Positions 1-7,796 of a stretch of DNA of 36,068 bases are shown here, piece by piece. A program made the translations under genes and the position numbers. Numbering within the stretch: the stretch's first letter is position 1; every line of letters begins with the position of its first letter. The notes beneath the pieces are model-generated. The model did not search any database and was not told the origin of the DNA. It worked only from the letters and a program-made list of their open reading frames with translations. The stretch lies in the UHGV virus genome UHGV-0187047; one strand, written 5' to 3'. This DNA comes from a virus.

Positions 1-864
1 ATGACAGGCGAATTTACTATAATTTCACCCTTAGGCACAGAGCTTGAATTATTTGATAACAAATATTTCACGCTTGACGATATAGAAGGTCAAACAGAGA
101 TTAACAATTCAATTTCAAGCTCAAAGATAAGCGGAGCGGACGGCGAAACGGTTAACAACGTTGCAACTGATGTTAGACCGCTTGTTTTTACTCTAACTAT
201 CAATGAGAATATAGATGTTGAAGAAGCAAAACGGTATATCTTGCAGTATGTCAAGTCAAAGCATAATCACACTATCAAGTGGAAAAGAAACAACAAAACG
301 CTTGAAATCGTGGGCCTATGTGAAAAAATCATAATGGCACGATGGCAACAAGGCATTGCTATGCAGATAACATTTTTCTGCGGTCAAGCGTATTGGGAAG
401 ATGCCGAAAACATAGTTAATGAAATAAGCGCGATTAAAGATATGCACTACTTCGCACAAGGGAAAGGCAAAATGCTTTATTTCGCGCTTGGAAGCCCTCG
501 CCCTTTGGGTGTTTATGATACCATACGCACCCGAACGTTCAACAATACAGGTGATAGCGATGTAGGAATGATTATTGAGATAACCGCTCTTGCAAAAGTT
601 AAAAATCCTGCTATATATGCAAGCACCGATGAATTTATCGGGGTTGACAATGTAGAAATGAAATCGGGCGATGTTATCCGGATTAACACAAACAAGGGCC
701 AAAAAGATATAACATTAAACGGCGTTTCAATTTTGGATAAAATCAAAATCGGTAGTACATTTTTACAGCTTGAAATTGGAAACAACACTTTTACAATTAA
801 AAGCGATGATAACAATTTAACAAGCGTTTATTTTAATCTCATCTATAAGCAGAGGTATGTCTAA
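1..864 (+). CDS. Distal tail protein (Dit-like siphovirus tail component)
   Basis: Follows the tape measure gene (circularly). Typical N-G-D...G/L.L..G.N.F C-terminal pattern. 287 aa. Confidence 0.8.
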   Translation: MTGEFTIISPLGTELELFDNKYFTLDDIEGQTEINNSISSSKISGADGETVNNVATDVRPLVFTLTINENIDVEEAKRYILQYVKSKHNHTIKWKRNNKTLEIVGLCEKIIMARWQQGIAMQITFFCGQAYWEDAENIVNEISAIKDMHYFAQGKGKMLYFALGSPRPLGVYDTIRTRTFNNTGDSDVGMIIEITALAKVKNPAIYASTDEFIGVDNVEMKSGDVIRINTNKGQKDITLNGVSILDKIKIGSTFLQLEIGNNTFTIKSDDNNLTSVYFNLIYKQRYV

Positions 865-1998
865 ATGATTGATTATGTAGAAGTAAGAAATGGAACAAGC
901 CGAAAATTGATAGGCATTATTGACACCGCAAAATCTGTTATATGGGAAACGGTTTATTACGGCGTTGGGACGTTTGAGATATATGTTGAAGCAACAGAAA
1001 AAAACATTGAGCTGTTGAGCGTTGAAAATCTTGTCACTCGCCCAAATGATGTGAATTGTGGCATAATTTCTAAAATTAAAATTACCGACAACGAACAAGA
1101 CGGCACAATGATTGTTGCAAGCGGCAGTTTTGCAAAAATCATACTTGACCGCAGAATTATTTACAAATTCATTAAAACATATAGCATAACACCTACAACA
1201 TTAAGAGGGAATGTTGCAAATGCCGTTTGGACTGTTATAAATAATAATTGCGTTAATAGCTCAAATGCTGCCCGAAATTTCTCGAAATTCGCAAGGGGCG
1301 CAATTAACAATTTGCCGCAAACAATTGTTGATGAAAACGGCAACGCCGCCGACAAGCAAGTTACATATACAAACTTGCTTACATTCACCGATAGTTTGCT
1401 TCAAGAGTACAAAATAGGCGCGTATGTGTGGCTTGACCCTTTAACTCTTGATTTCCTGTATGTAATGTATCAAGGCGCAGAGCGGTTCGTAAACAACCGC
1501 GCAGGAAACAAGCCTTTAATATTCGGCAATCAGTTTGATAATTTAACATCAAGTAGTTTTTCAAAAGATAACAGCGAACTGAGGACAACCGCAATTATAG
1601 GCGGTGAAGGCGAGGGTGCAGACCGTTTTGTTGCCAGAACGAATGACAATGTAACAGGCTTTGACCGCCGCGAATTATTTGTTGACAGCTCAAGTATTTC
1701 AAAGACGGTCAAAGACGAAACAACAGAGGATGAAACCGTTTTGCCCGACAGCGAATATGAAGCCTTGTTAATTCAAGAGGGCAGGGCAAAGATAACTGAA
1801 AACAAAGTTGTCGAGGGCTTTAATTGCGAAGTAGATTTGACAAATTCAAAGCTGAAGTATTTGACGGATTACAATATCGGCGATCTTGTAACTATTGAAG
1901 ATACGCACCTAAAGCAATTACATAATGCAAGAATTTTAAAAATAACCGAAGTGCAAGACGAAAACGGTTATGCGATTTCCGCAGAATTTGGATTTTAA
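865..1998 (+). CDS. Tail hub / Tal-like protein (ReqiPepy6 Gp37-like)
   Basis: Position after Dit. Motifs W...YYGVGTFEI, GGEGEG.DR, RRELFVD, DYNIGDLVTI. Confidence 0.8.
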   Translation: MIDYVEVRNGTSRKLIGIIDTAKSVIWETVYYGVGTFEIYVEATEKNIELLSVENLVTRPNDVNCGIISKIKITDNEQDGTMIVASGSFAKIILDRRIIYKFIKTYSITPTTLRGNVANAVWTVINNNCVNSSNAARNFSKFARGAINNLPQTIVDENGNAADKQVTYTNLLTFTDSLLQEYKIGAYVWLDPLTLDFLYVMYQGAERFVNNRAGNKPLIFGNQFDNLTSSSFSKDNSELRTTAIIGGEGEGADRFVARTNDNVTGFDRRELFVDSSSISKTVKDETTEDETVLPDSEYEALLIQEGRAKITENKVVEGFNCEVDLTNSKLKYLTDYNIGDLVTIEDTHLKQLHNARILKITEVQDENGYAISAEFGF

Positions 1999-2013
1999 AG
2001 GGGGAAATTAAAA

Positions 2014-3702
2014 ATGGCAGAACATTTTGGATTTTTCGATGCCTTGGAAACGGCAGACGGACTATATGACCGTACATATTCGGCGCGTGACTATAGCGAA
2101 AACTTAGCAACGATTATAAGCAACGGCGTTTTACGTTCAACAAATGATGATTTGAAAGTTACGGTTAATGGCTTGACCGTAACCGTAGGAATAGGCAGAG
2201 CGTGGATAAACGGCTGTTGGTATCATAACGATAACAATTATGTTTTCCCAGCCGTAACCGTTCCGACAGGCGGCGCACGGTATGACCGTGTTATATTAAG
2301 GTACAGCAACGTACTTTCTGATCGAGATATTAAGCTTATGTATTTGCAAGGCGAAGCGGTGAGTAGTCCGAAAAAGCCTGCAATAACAAGGAATGATGAT
2401 GTTTATGACCTTGTTCTTGCCGATATATACGTCGGCACAAATGCAACAAGTCTTTCTGTTAAAGATACCCGAAGTGATGCACAGCTGTGCGGTTGGGTGT
2501 ATTCAACTTCTGGTGACAATTCATTTTTCAAAAGTCTTGACGGAGCATTTAACGATTGGTTTGAAACGACAAAAAACACGTTGTCAAGCGTGACGCTCTT
2601 CAAACGCTATAATTGGCGCACAACGATTGAAGCTGAAACAAACACAGTTTCGTTTGACATCCCCCAATATGATGTCGAAACAACATTCATTGAAGTATAC
2701 ACAAATGGCGTTCTTGACACCGAAGGCGTTGACTACACGCTCGAAAACAGCGTGATAACGTTTAGCGGCTGGCCGCTTACGGCCGGCACAGAGGTTGAGG
2801 TTAAGTGCTACAAGTCAATCGACGGTACGGGAATTCTAAGCGTGGCAGATGAAATAACCGCTTTGCAAAATGCCGTTGCCAAATTAAATGCAGCTGACGA
2901 ATGTGTATATAAATGCAACGGAGCCGATGACAACGTGAAGCTGTCGGATCTTGCGCAAGAGTGGTTGAGCGACGATCTCGATTACAGCTCAAAAACAATA
3001 AAGATATATGGAACATTTGGCGCGACTGCTGCGTGTGCAGGCGCAGGCACGGCGGCCAATCCGTATAAGTGGTTTAATTTCGGTCTTGCCGAAAGTGTAA
3101 AGAGGCGTATAACTTTTGACTTCTCGACCTGCACGCAAATAATGCTGCCTATAACAGCCGGCACTTCAAATGTTGTTTTTTCCGGCTCCGATGTACATGT
3201 GGTTGGAGCAAATGTAATAGCAACACAAACTTCAACGAATACAAAAATAAAAATGTTCGATTCAAACAGCGGTTCTGTATCTGCTGAGGATTGCCGCTTC
3301 TGGATAACAGCTTACAGCGAAAGCTTCATATCGCAAACGGGTAATTTCACAAACTGCCGCGCCAGCGTGGCGAATGCATCGGGCGATTCGTACTGTTTTC
3401 AGCCGGCAACAGCAAGTTTGCTCAAAATTAACGGCGGCGAGTACTACGGATACACCGGTGGAAGCGCCCACAAGAGTGCCGTAATCGGGCAAACAACAGG
3501 AAATGCCGTTTCTGTTTTGAATGGCGTTAACGCGCCCACAGTAGCACGGTCTGGATATTACCAAACACATGCAATCTTTCAGGACACAAACGGCGGACGC
3601 CTTAATTGTTCAAATTTAATCAGCGAACTCGCCGTATCGGTTGCATCGAACATAAGCGATGTTCGCGGGACGATTGAAAAAAGCAAACCGGGAACTATTT
3701 AA
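2014..3702 (+). CDS. Baseplate / receptor-binding (tail fibre) protein
   Basis: N-terminus GFFD...DRTYSA, GRAWING, RYDRVILR, YDLVLADIYV typical of upper-baseplate/RBP proteins. Gly/Ser/Thr-rich beta-type C-terminus. Confidence 0.72.
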   Translation: MAEHFGFFDALETADGLYDRTYSARDYSENLATIISNGVLRSTNDDLKVTVNGLTVTVGIGRAWINGCWYHNDNNYVFPAVTVPTGGARYDRVILRYSNVLSDRDIKLMYLQGEAVSSPKKPAITRNDDVYDLVLADIYVGTNATSLSVKDTRSDAQLCGWVYSTSGDNSFFKSLDGAFNDWFETTKNTLSSVTLFKRYNWRTTIEAETNTVSFDIPQYDVETTFIEVYTNGVLDTEGVDYTLENSVITFSGWPLTAGTEVEVKCYKSIDGTGILSVADEITALQNAVAKLNAADECVYKCNGADDNVKLSDLAQEWLSDDLDYSSKTIKIYGTFGATAACAGAGTAANPYKWFNFGLAESVKRRITFDFSTCTQIMLPITAGTSNVVFSGSDVHVVGANVIATQTSTNTKIKMFDSNSGSVSAEDCRFWITAYSESFISQTGNFTNCRASVANASGDSYCFQPATASLLKINGGEYYGYTGGSAHKSAVIGQTTGNAVSVLNGVNAPTVARSGYYQTHAIFQDTNGGRLNCSNLISELAVSVASNISDVRGTIEKSKPGTI

Positions 3703-3744
3703 ATTAAACATTGCTGACCTGCCATGTGTAGGTTGAGCGGAGAC

Positions 3745-3778
3745 AACGCCGACATTTATTTGTCGGCGTTTTTGTTTT
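3745..3778 (+). terminator. Rho-independent terminator ending the tail operon
   Basis: Stem AACGCCGACA / TGTCGGCGTT with a 6-nt loop, followed by TTTGTTTT. Confidence 0.85.
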
Positions 3779-3817
3779 AAAAAAACTTTATTTTACAAAA
3801 AAATTTTGAAAAAAGTG

Positions 3818-3863
3818 TTGACGTAATCGTACGTCTATGCTATAATATAGTCACAGTTAAGGA
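3818..3863 (+). promoter_or_regulatory. SigA-type promoter, copy 1, with palindromic spacer
   Basis: TTGACG-17bp-TATAAT with extended TG and an A/T-rich UP region. 42/46 identical to 5460-5505. Confidence 0.85.
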
Positions 3864-3897
3864 AGATAACAAATCCAAAACAGAAGGACAAAGAAAA

Positions 3898-4296
3898 ATG
3901 AAAGTTTATATCAAAGAATGGTTTTTTAATAAAAATTGGTGTTCGATTATTAGAAACTATATGCTAAACGAACGCGCTGTTTACGTTATCGGCGAAACTG
4001 AAAAAGCATACAAAGTCGAGGGCGGCTTCACAACTCAGGACGGCGAACGTGAAAACACTTTTGATTTTTGGGTTCCGAAATCTTGCACAATGACTGAGGA
4101 AGAATACGCCGCCGAACAAAAGGCATTTGCCGAAAGACAAGAAGAAATTGAAAAACACTTCAAAGAAGGCTGCGAAGCTTACGAAACGTTGCTCAAGTTT
4201 GCAAAAGAAAACAATGTTAAAGGCGTTCGCAAAGGAATGAAAAAAGAAACTATATTAAACAAAATTCACGATGCAGGGCTTGAGTACAACGCTTGA
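3898..4296 (+). CDS. Hypothetical protein (ETEKAY...WVPKS beta domain plus short C-terminal helical domain)
   Basis: RBS GAAGGA, first gene after the promoter. 132 aa. Confidence 0.7.
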   Translation: MKVYIKEWFFNKNWCSIIRNYMLNERAVYVIGETEKAYKVEGGFTTQDGERENTFDFWVPKSCTMTEEEYAAEQKAFAERQEEIEKHFKEGCEAYETLLKFAKENNVKGVRKGMKKETILNKIHDAGLEYNA

Positions 4297-4331
4297 GTTT
4301 GCTTTAAAAAAATAAAGAAAGGTGATATTAA

Positions 4332-4517
4332 ATGGACAAACGAAAAATGACACCGCAAGAACGGTACGCGGAGAAGTACCGCCGACAATACAAGATGGAT
4401 TGTATAACGAGGACGGAACAAGATATAATCCAAAAGCTCGACAGTGTTCCAAATAAAGCTGGTTATATCAAGCAGCTTATCCGAGCAGATATTGCGGCAA
4501 ATAATAGCAAAAAATAA
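4332..4517 (+). CDS. Small Arc/ribbon-helix-helix-like DNA-binding protein
   Basis: RBS AAAGGTG. Pattern TPQERY...EQDIIQKLDSVPNKAGYIKQLIRADI resembles Firmicute phage RHH proteins. Confidence 0.65.
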   Translation: MDKRKMTPQERYAEKYRRQYKMDCITRTEQDIIQKLDSVPNKAGYIKQLIRADIAANNSKK

Positions 4518-4536
4518 AGAAAAGGAGTTAAAAAGA

Positions 4537-5040
4537 ATGACATACTATTATGACGAAAAAACAAAAACAAACCGGCTGGACTGCCACTACCCAATTATAG
4601 ACGAGAAAGCAATCAAAGAAATTGTTGAAAATTCTTTAGCCCGTTATATTTATATTTACATCTACAATAAAAATAACGTAATAGTGAATCATTGGTCATA
4701 TGAAGTGAAACACGGAGGCTTTCACACATACGAAGACCCGGAAATTGAAACAAGAAAGCGGATTAAAAAACACGTTGCGACTCTTAAAAGATATATAGAA
4801 GAGTCGTATGCAGAATATATTGTAAATGCAGAAAAAATCACGCAAGAAAAGATTAGATATGAATTAAAAAATTATTTCAATCTAAGCCCAAGAACGGTTG
4901 ACGAAATGCCAGACTGGAAAGCTACATCTATATGGAAACAAGGCCCGGAAAAATACCAAGAATGCCTTGAAGATGAGGAAGAATATGCAATGCGAGAATA
5001 TGAAAATCAAATAAAAAAAGAAAAGGAGTTAACAAAATGA
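4537..5040 (+). CDS. Hypothetical protein
   Basis: Start moved from 4444 to ATG 4537, which follows RBS AAGGAG. ATGA overlap with the next gene. Confidence 0.65.
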   Translation: MTYYYDEKTKTNRLDCHYPIIDEKAIKEIVENSLARYIYIYIYNKNNVIVNHWSYEVKHGGFHTYEDPEIETRKRIKKHVATLKRYIEESYAEYIVNAEKITQEKIRYELKNYFNLSPRTVDEMPDWKATSIWKQGPEKYQECLEDEEEYAMREYENQIKKEKELTK

Positions 5041-5378
5041 AATATTATGAAGTTGCGGAAATAACCTTAAATCTCAATTCTAAAGGGTACGAAATGGGAG
5101 ACGAGGAGAGCTCGTATATGGGCCCGGATTACAAAAAAGCCATTTGTGCGTGCGATGAGGCTTTAAGTAATTGGAATCGTCTTGATTACAGGGATAAGAA
5201 GGAAAACGCAATAGAAGGCAGGATATACGAAATCCCCGATGATACAGATATAAACGATGAAGATGAAATAATCAACGCTATATGTGACGCATGCGGATAT
5301 GACACGTTTTTTTCACATTATCCGAAAGACGATTTTAAAAAAAGCCAAGAAAAAATAAACGCTCTTATAAATGCGTGA
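5037..5378 (+). CDS. Acidic hypothetical protein
   Basis: RBS AAGGAG, translationally coupled. Asp/Glu-rich, 113 aa. Confidence 0.7.
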   Translation: MKYYEVAEITLNLNSKGYEMGDEESSYMGPDYKKAICACDEALSNWNRLDYRDKKENAIEGRIYEIPDDTDINDEDEIINAICDACGYDTFFSHYPKDDFKKSQEKINALINA

Positions 5379-5402
5379 AAATTAAATCATTAAATAACAG
5401 AT

Positions 5403-5434
5403 CCCACCGATGGCATTTGCCGCGGTGGGGTTTT
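5403..5434 (+). terminator. Rho-independent terminator
   Basis: CCCACCG...CGGTGGG stem followed by GTTTT. Confidence 0.65.
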
Positions 5435-5459
5435 AATTACAAAAAATAATAAAAAGCCC

Positions 5460-5505
5460 TTGACATAATCGTACGACTATGTTATAATATAATCACAGTT
5501 AAGGA
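5460..5505 (+). promoter_or_regulatory. SigA-type promoter, copy 2, with a 20-bp near-perfect palindrome (5463-5482)
   Basis: TTGACA-17bp-TATAAT consensus. ACATAATCGTACGACTATGT is palindromic except for one base pair. Confidence 0.88.
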
Positions 5506-5515
5506 GGTGATAAGA

Positions 5516-5620
5516 ATGAAAAAGCAAAATCAAAAGCCTACCGCCTTTGAAATTGCATATCTTGTTATCGAAGCAATCGTTGCAATCGCTACTTTGATAA
5601 CGGCAATCAAATGGTGGTAG
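5516..5620 (+). CDS. 34-aa single-TM peptide (type I toxin-like): MKKQNQKPTAFEIAYLVIEAIVAIATLITAIKWW
   Basis: Not in the ORF track. Perfect RBS AAGGAGGTG directly after a consensus promoter. Basic N-terminus plus a hydrophobic helix. Confidence 0.75.
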   Translation: MKKQNQKPTAFEIAYLVIEAIVAIATLITAIKWW

Positions 5621-5666
5621 GCTACATAGAGGGGCTTTTGCCCCTCCCCCTTGCGGGAGTATATAT

Positions 5667-5695
5667 AATATAACACATAGAAAGGAGTTTTACAA
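5667..5695 (-). promoter_or_regulatory. Putative antisense promoter facing the 34-aa peptide gene
   Basis: Minus strand TTGTAA-17bp-TATATT with extended TG. GC hairpin GAGGGGC/GCCCCTC at 5629-5646 lies just downstream. Confidence 0.45.
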
Positions 5696-5875
5696 GTGTT
5701 CAATAAAAACTTTTGGCTGATTACTCTTTGCGCATTGCTTATAATTTCGATATATACCGGGCTTAATATATTTTCGAGAATTGCACTCGGTGCAAACGGC
5801 TTGATTATATTAGCCGATGTAATTATAAGTGTTCGCAGATTGGCAAAAGAGAAAAAGTGCAAAGAGAGCGATTAA
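5696..5875 (+). CDS. 59-aa two-TM membrane protein (MFNKNFWLITLCALLIISIY...)
   Basis: Not in the ORF track. RBS GAAAGGAG, GTG start, two hydrophobic segments and a basic tail. Confidence 0.7.
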   Translation: MFNKNFWLITLCALLIISIYTGLNIFSRIALGANGLIILADVIISVRRLAKEKKCKESD

Positions 5876-5899
5876 AAACTCTCAGCACATCGCAAGTTT

Positions 5900-5921
5900 T
5901 GACTTGCATTTGACTTGCATT
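5900..5921 (+). repeat. attP arm-type integrase sites, left pair (TGACTTGCATT x2)
   Basis: Tandem 11-mer, repeated identically at 6133-6154 on the other side of the core. Confidence 0.8.
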
Positions 5922-5984
5922 TTTTCTTTTAAATGGCCGCAAATAGTACAAATTAGCGCAAAAATTGGAGACATTTTGATAATT

Positions 5985-6031
5985 AAAAAACGCCGAAAGC
6001 CCTTGATACACAAGGCTTTTCAGCGTTTTTT
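5985..6031. terminator. Bidirectional hairpin (likely replacement terminator for the tRNA after integration)
   Basis: AAAAAACGC.GAAAGCCCTTG / CAAGGCTTTTC.GCGTTTTTT, located 3' of the tRNA fragment on the minus strand. Confidence 0.65.
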
Positions 6032-6056
6032 GTTGCCGCTTTCAAAAACGGCGTTT

Positions 6057-6084
6057 TGGAGCGGGTGATGGGAATCGAACCCAC
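6057..6084 (-). other. attP core = 3' end (T-arm, acceptor strand, CCA) of a tRNA, most like tRNA-Gly
   Basis: Minus strand reads GTGGGTTCGATTCCCATCACCCGCTCCA. It lies 150 bp from the integrase stop and is flanked by arm repeats. Confidence 0.85.
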
Positions 6085-6132
6085 TATCTTACATCGGGAA
6101 ATCGTTGATACATCAACGTTTTTGCGAAATGC

Positions 6133-6154
6133 TGACTTGCATTTGACTTGCATT
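6133..6154 (+). repeat. attP arm-type integrase sites, right pair (TGACTTGCATT x2)
   Basis: Identical to 5900-5921. Confidence 0.8.
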
Positions 6155-6234
6155 TTTATTTTTATTTCAAAGCTCGCCCCATATGTCGCCCATATCTTGC
6201 CCGTATTTCAGCGAAGATTTTCGGAGCGGAAAAG

Positions 6235-7410
6235 TCAAAAAGCGGAGCGGATATCCGAAGCCGTTTTTGCAGTTGACTGCAAAAACTTGTTGAATTTATC
6301 AATATCGCTTGATTCTTTTTCCTTAGAAAGATGTGTGTAAATTGAAAGAGTTGTCTTAATATCAGAATGTCCGAGTAATTCTTTTGCGGTTAAAACGTCT
6401 ACGCCGGCATCGTACAGCATTGTTGCGTAAGTGTGGCGCAGGCAATGCGGCGTGAATGTGTCTATCGTCAAAGGCAGCGTTTTTCTACGGTCGGCAGCTG
6501 TGCCGATAAAGCACCCGTATTTCTTATTAAGGCACAACATATAACTATGCCAAAGTTTATCCCAAGCCGAATTTGACATATAACCGCCCACGGTGTTCGG
6601 GAAAACGAGCGTTGATTTTTTAGGTATATGTCGCATATAATCGGCAAGAATATCAGGCATTTGTATTATGCGATTTCCGGCAGCGGTTTTTGTGGATTTT
6701 ACGGCTTTAGTTGGCGCGCAATAACTTTTATTTATTGAAATAGTTTTACTATCAAAATTCACATCGGACCAAAGAAGCGCGGTAAGCTCCCCACGGCGAA
6801 GCCCTGCAAACAACATTATCATTGCTGCCGGTTGTGCTCGGTGCGGCGTGTCGAGAATCCATGCCCGCTGTTCGGCGGTAAGAGCGGAGCGGCTCTTTGA
6901 AGGGGTGCCCGCCGGGACGGATAAAAGCTCGTCGACCGGTGAGCGGTCAATTATTCTGTTTGCGGCGCAATATTTAAAAAGTTGTTTAATAATGGCCGTA
7001 TATTCAACTAATGTTTTACGCGATGTAGGCTTACCCGAATACGGATTGCAAGCGGCGAACGCATCAAGGACGGCTTGAACATCACAAAGCCGAATTTTTG
7101 AAATATCAAACTCGCCAAAATGCTGTACGAAGTGATCGAGCCTCTGACTAATGCACTTATACCAGCTGGCGGATACGGTGTTTTTCTTTGATATTAAAAA
7201 GCGGTTTGCCCAAAAAGCAAAAGTGCGGTTTTCGGAAATCAAATCAACGCCGCGATGCAGCTGTGCGCGAAGCTCCGCCGCCTTTTGGTCGGCTTCTTTT
7301 TGAGTCTTGCCGTAAACCGATTTGTATTTGCGTTTGCCGTCGACGCTGCCGACGTAAACTTGAACGACTATTCGGCCGTCGGCGCGGCGGGTGTTTGTTT
7401 TCTTTGGCAT
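6235..7410 (-). CDS. int: Tyrosine integrase
   Basis: GLRRGEL (R), TPHCLRHTYAT (HxxR), LLGHSDIKTTLSIYTH (H, Y). N-terminal arm-binding domain. Adjacent to attP. Confidence 0.97.
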   Translation of the reverse strand: MPKKTNTRRADGRIVVQVYVGSVDGKRKYKSVYGKTQKEADQKAAELRAQLHRGVDLISENRTFAFWANRFLISKKNTVSASWYKCISQRLDHFVQHFGEFDISKIRLCDVQAVLDAFAACNPYSGKPTSRKTLVEYTAIIKQLFKYCAANRIIDRSPVDELLSVPAGTPSKSRSALTAEQRAWILDTPHRAQPAAMIMLFAGLRRGELTALLWSDVNFDSKTISINKSYCAPTKAVKSTKTAAGNRIIQMPDILADYMRHIPKKSTLVFPNTVGGYMSNSAWDKLWHSYMLCLNKKYGCFIGTAADRRKTLPLTIDTFTPHCLRHTYATMLYDAGVDVLTAKELLGHSDIKTTLSIYTHLSKEKESSDIDKFNKFLQSTAKTASDIRSAF

Positions 7411-7412
7411 AT

Positions 7413-7745
7413 TTAATCACTTCCGTTTGTTTTTTGCTTTACAAATTTAATAATCTCTTGTTTGCGCTCTTCGCTTGCCGAACGGTAAAAAGCGAGGAGT
7501 GTTTTTTCTTGTTCAGTTAATGAATTTGCAGTATCTATTTCGCTTTGCGGTACATCATATCCCATAAGCCATGCTTCGTTAACTTTAAGTGCTTGACCCA
7601 GTATATAAAGCTTAGATTTGCGCGGTTCGACTTTGCCATTTACATATTGGCTCAAATCGTTTCTGTTTAATTTAATATTGTTTTTTTTGCAGTACGGAGC
7701 GGCTAACCTTAATATATCCACTTGCTTTAAATTTCGCTCGCTCAT
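7413..7745 (-). CDS. XRE repressor paralog: CI-like HTH plus shared C-terminal module, no peptidase domain, 5'-truncated
   Basis: HTH nearly identical to the CI N-terminus. Homology continues upstream of the ATG to 7770. No clear RBS. Confidence 0.75.
   Translation of the reverse strand: MSERNLKQVDILRLAAPYCKKNNIKLNRNDLSQYVNGKVEPRKSKLYILGQALKVNEAWLMGYDVPQSEIDTANSLTEQEKTLLAFYRSASEERKQEIIKFVKQKTNGSD
7467..7571. repeat. C-module repeat copy (matches 9722-9826; partial match 9387-9439)
   Basis: About 105 bp with about 7 mismatches by manual alignment. Encodes WLMGYDVPQSEIDTANSLTEQEK.LLAFYRSA.EE. Confidence 0.9.
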
Positions 7746-7770
7746 AAGTTGTAACAGTCGCTCAGCCGTT
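7671..7770. repeat. 100-bp direct repeat, copy 1 (copy 2 at 9195-9294)
   Basis: 96/100 identical by manual alignment, offset 1,524 bp. Confidence 0.92.
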
Positions 7771-7796
7771 CGATTCGTCGAGCGGCTTTTTATTTT
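7764..7796 (+). terminator. Plus-strand terminator (UUCG loop) at the cassette junction
   Basis: AGCCGTTCGA-TTCG-TCGAGCGGCT followed by TTTTATTTT. Confidence 0.7.

Noticed and set aside
2014..3702. Invertible tail-fibre shufflon
   Set aside because: No invertase gene and no inverted repeats or reversed fibre cassettes noticed.
5530..5862. 110-aa minus-strand ORF
   Set aside because: Shadow of two plus-strand micro-ORFs that have a strong promoter and RBS signals.
6057..6130. Complete tRNA gene
   Set aside because: Only the T-arm, 3' acceptor strand and CCA are present. No anticodon arm, D arm or 5' acceptor strand follows, so it is an att core.
5900..6210. CRISPR-like or iteron array
   Set aside because: Repeats are 8-11 bp, in pairs or triples with no unique spacers. 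Better explained as integrase and Xis sites.
6056..6340. ORF MERVMGIEP... (and 5829-6068)
   Set aside because: Translation of the antisense tRNA fragment and att repeats. No RBS, and it overlaps the integrase end.
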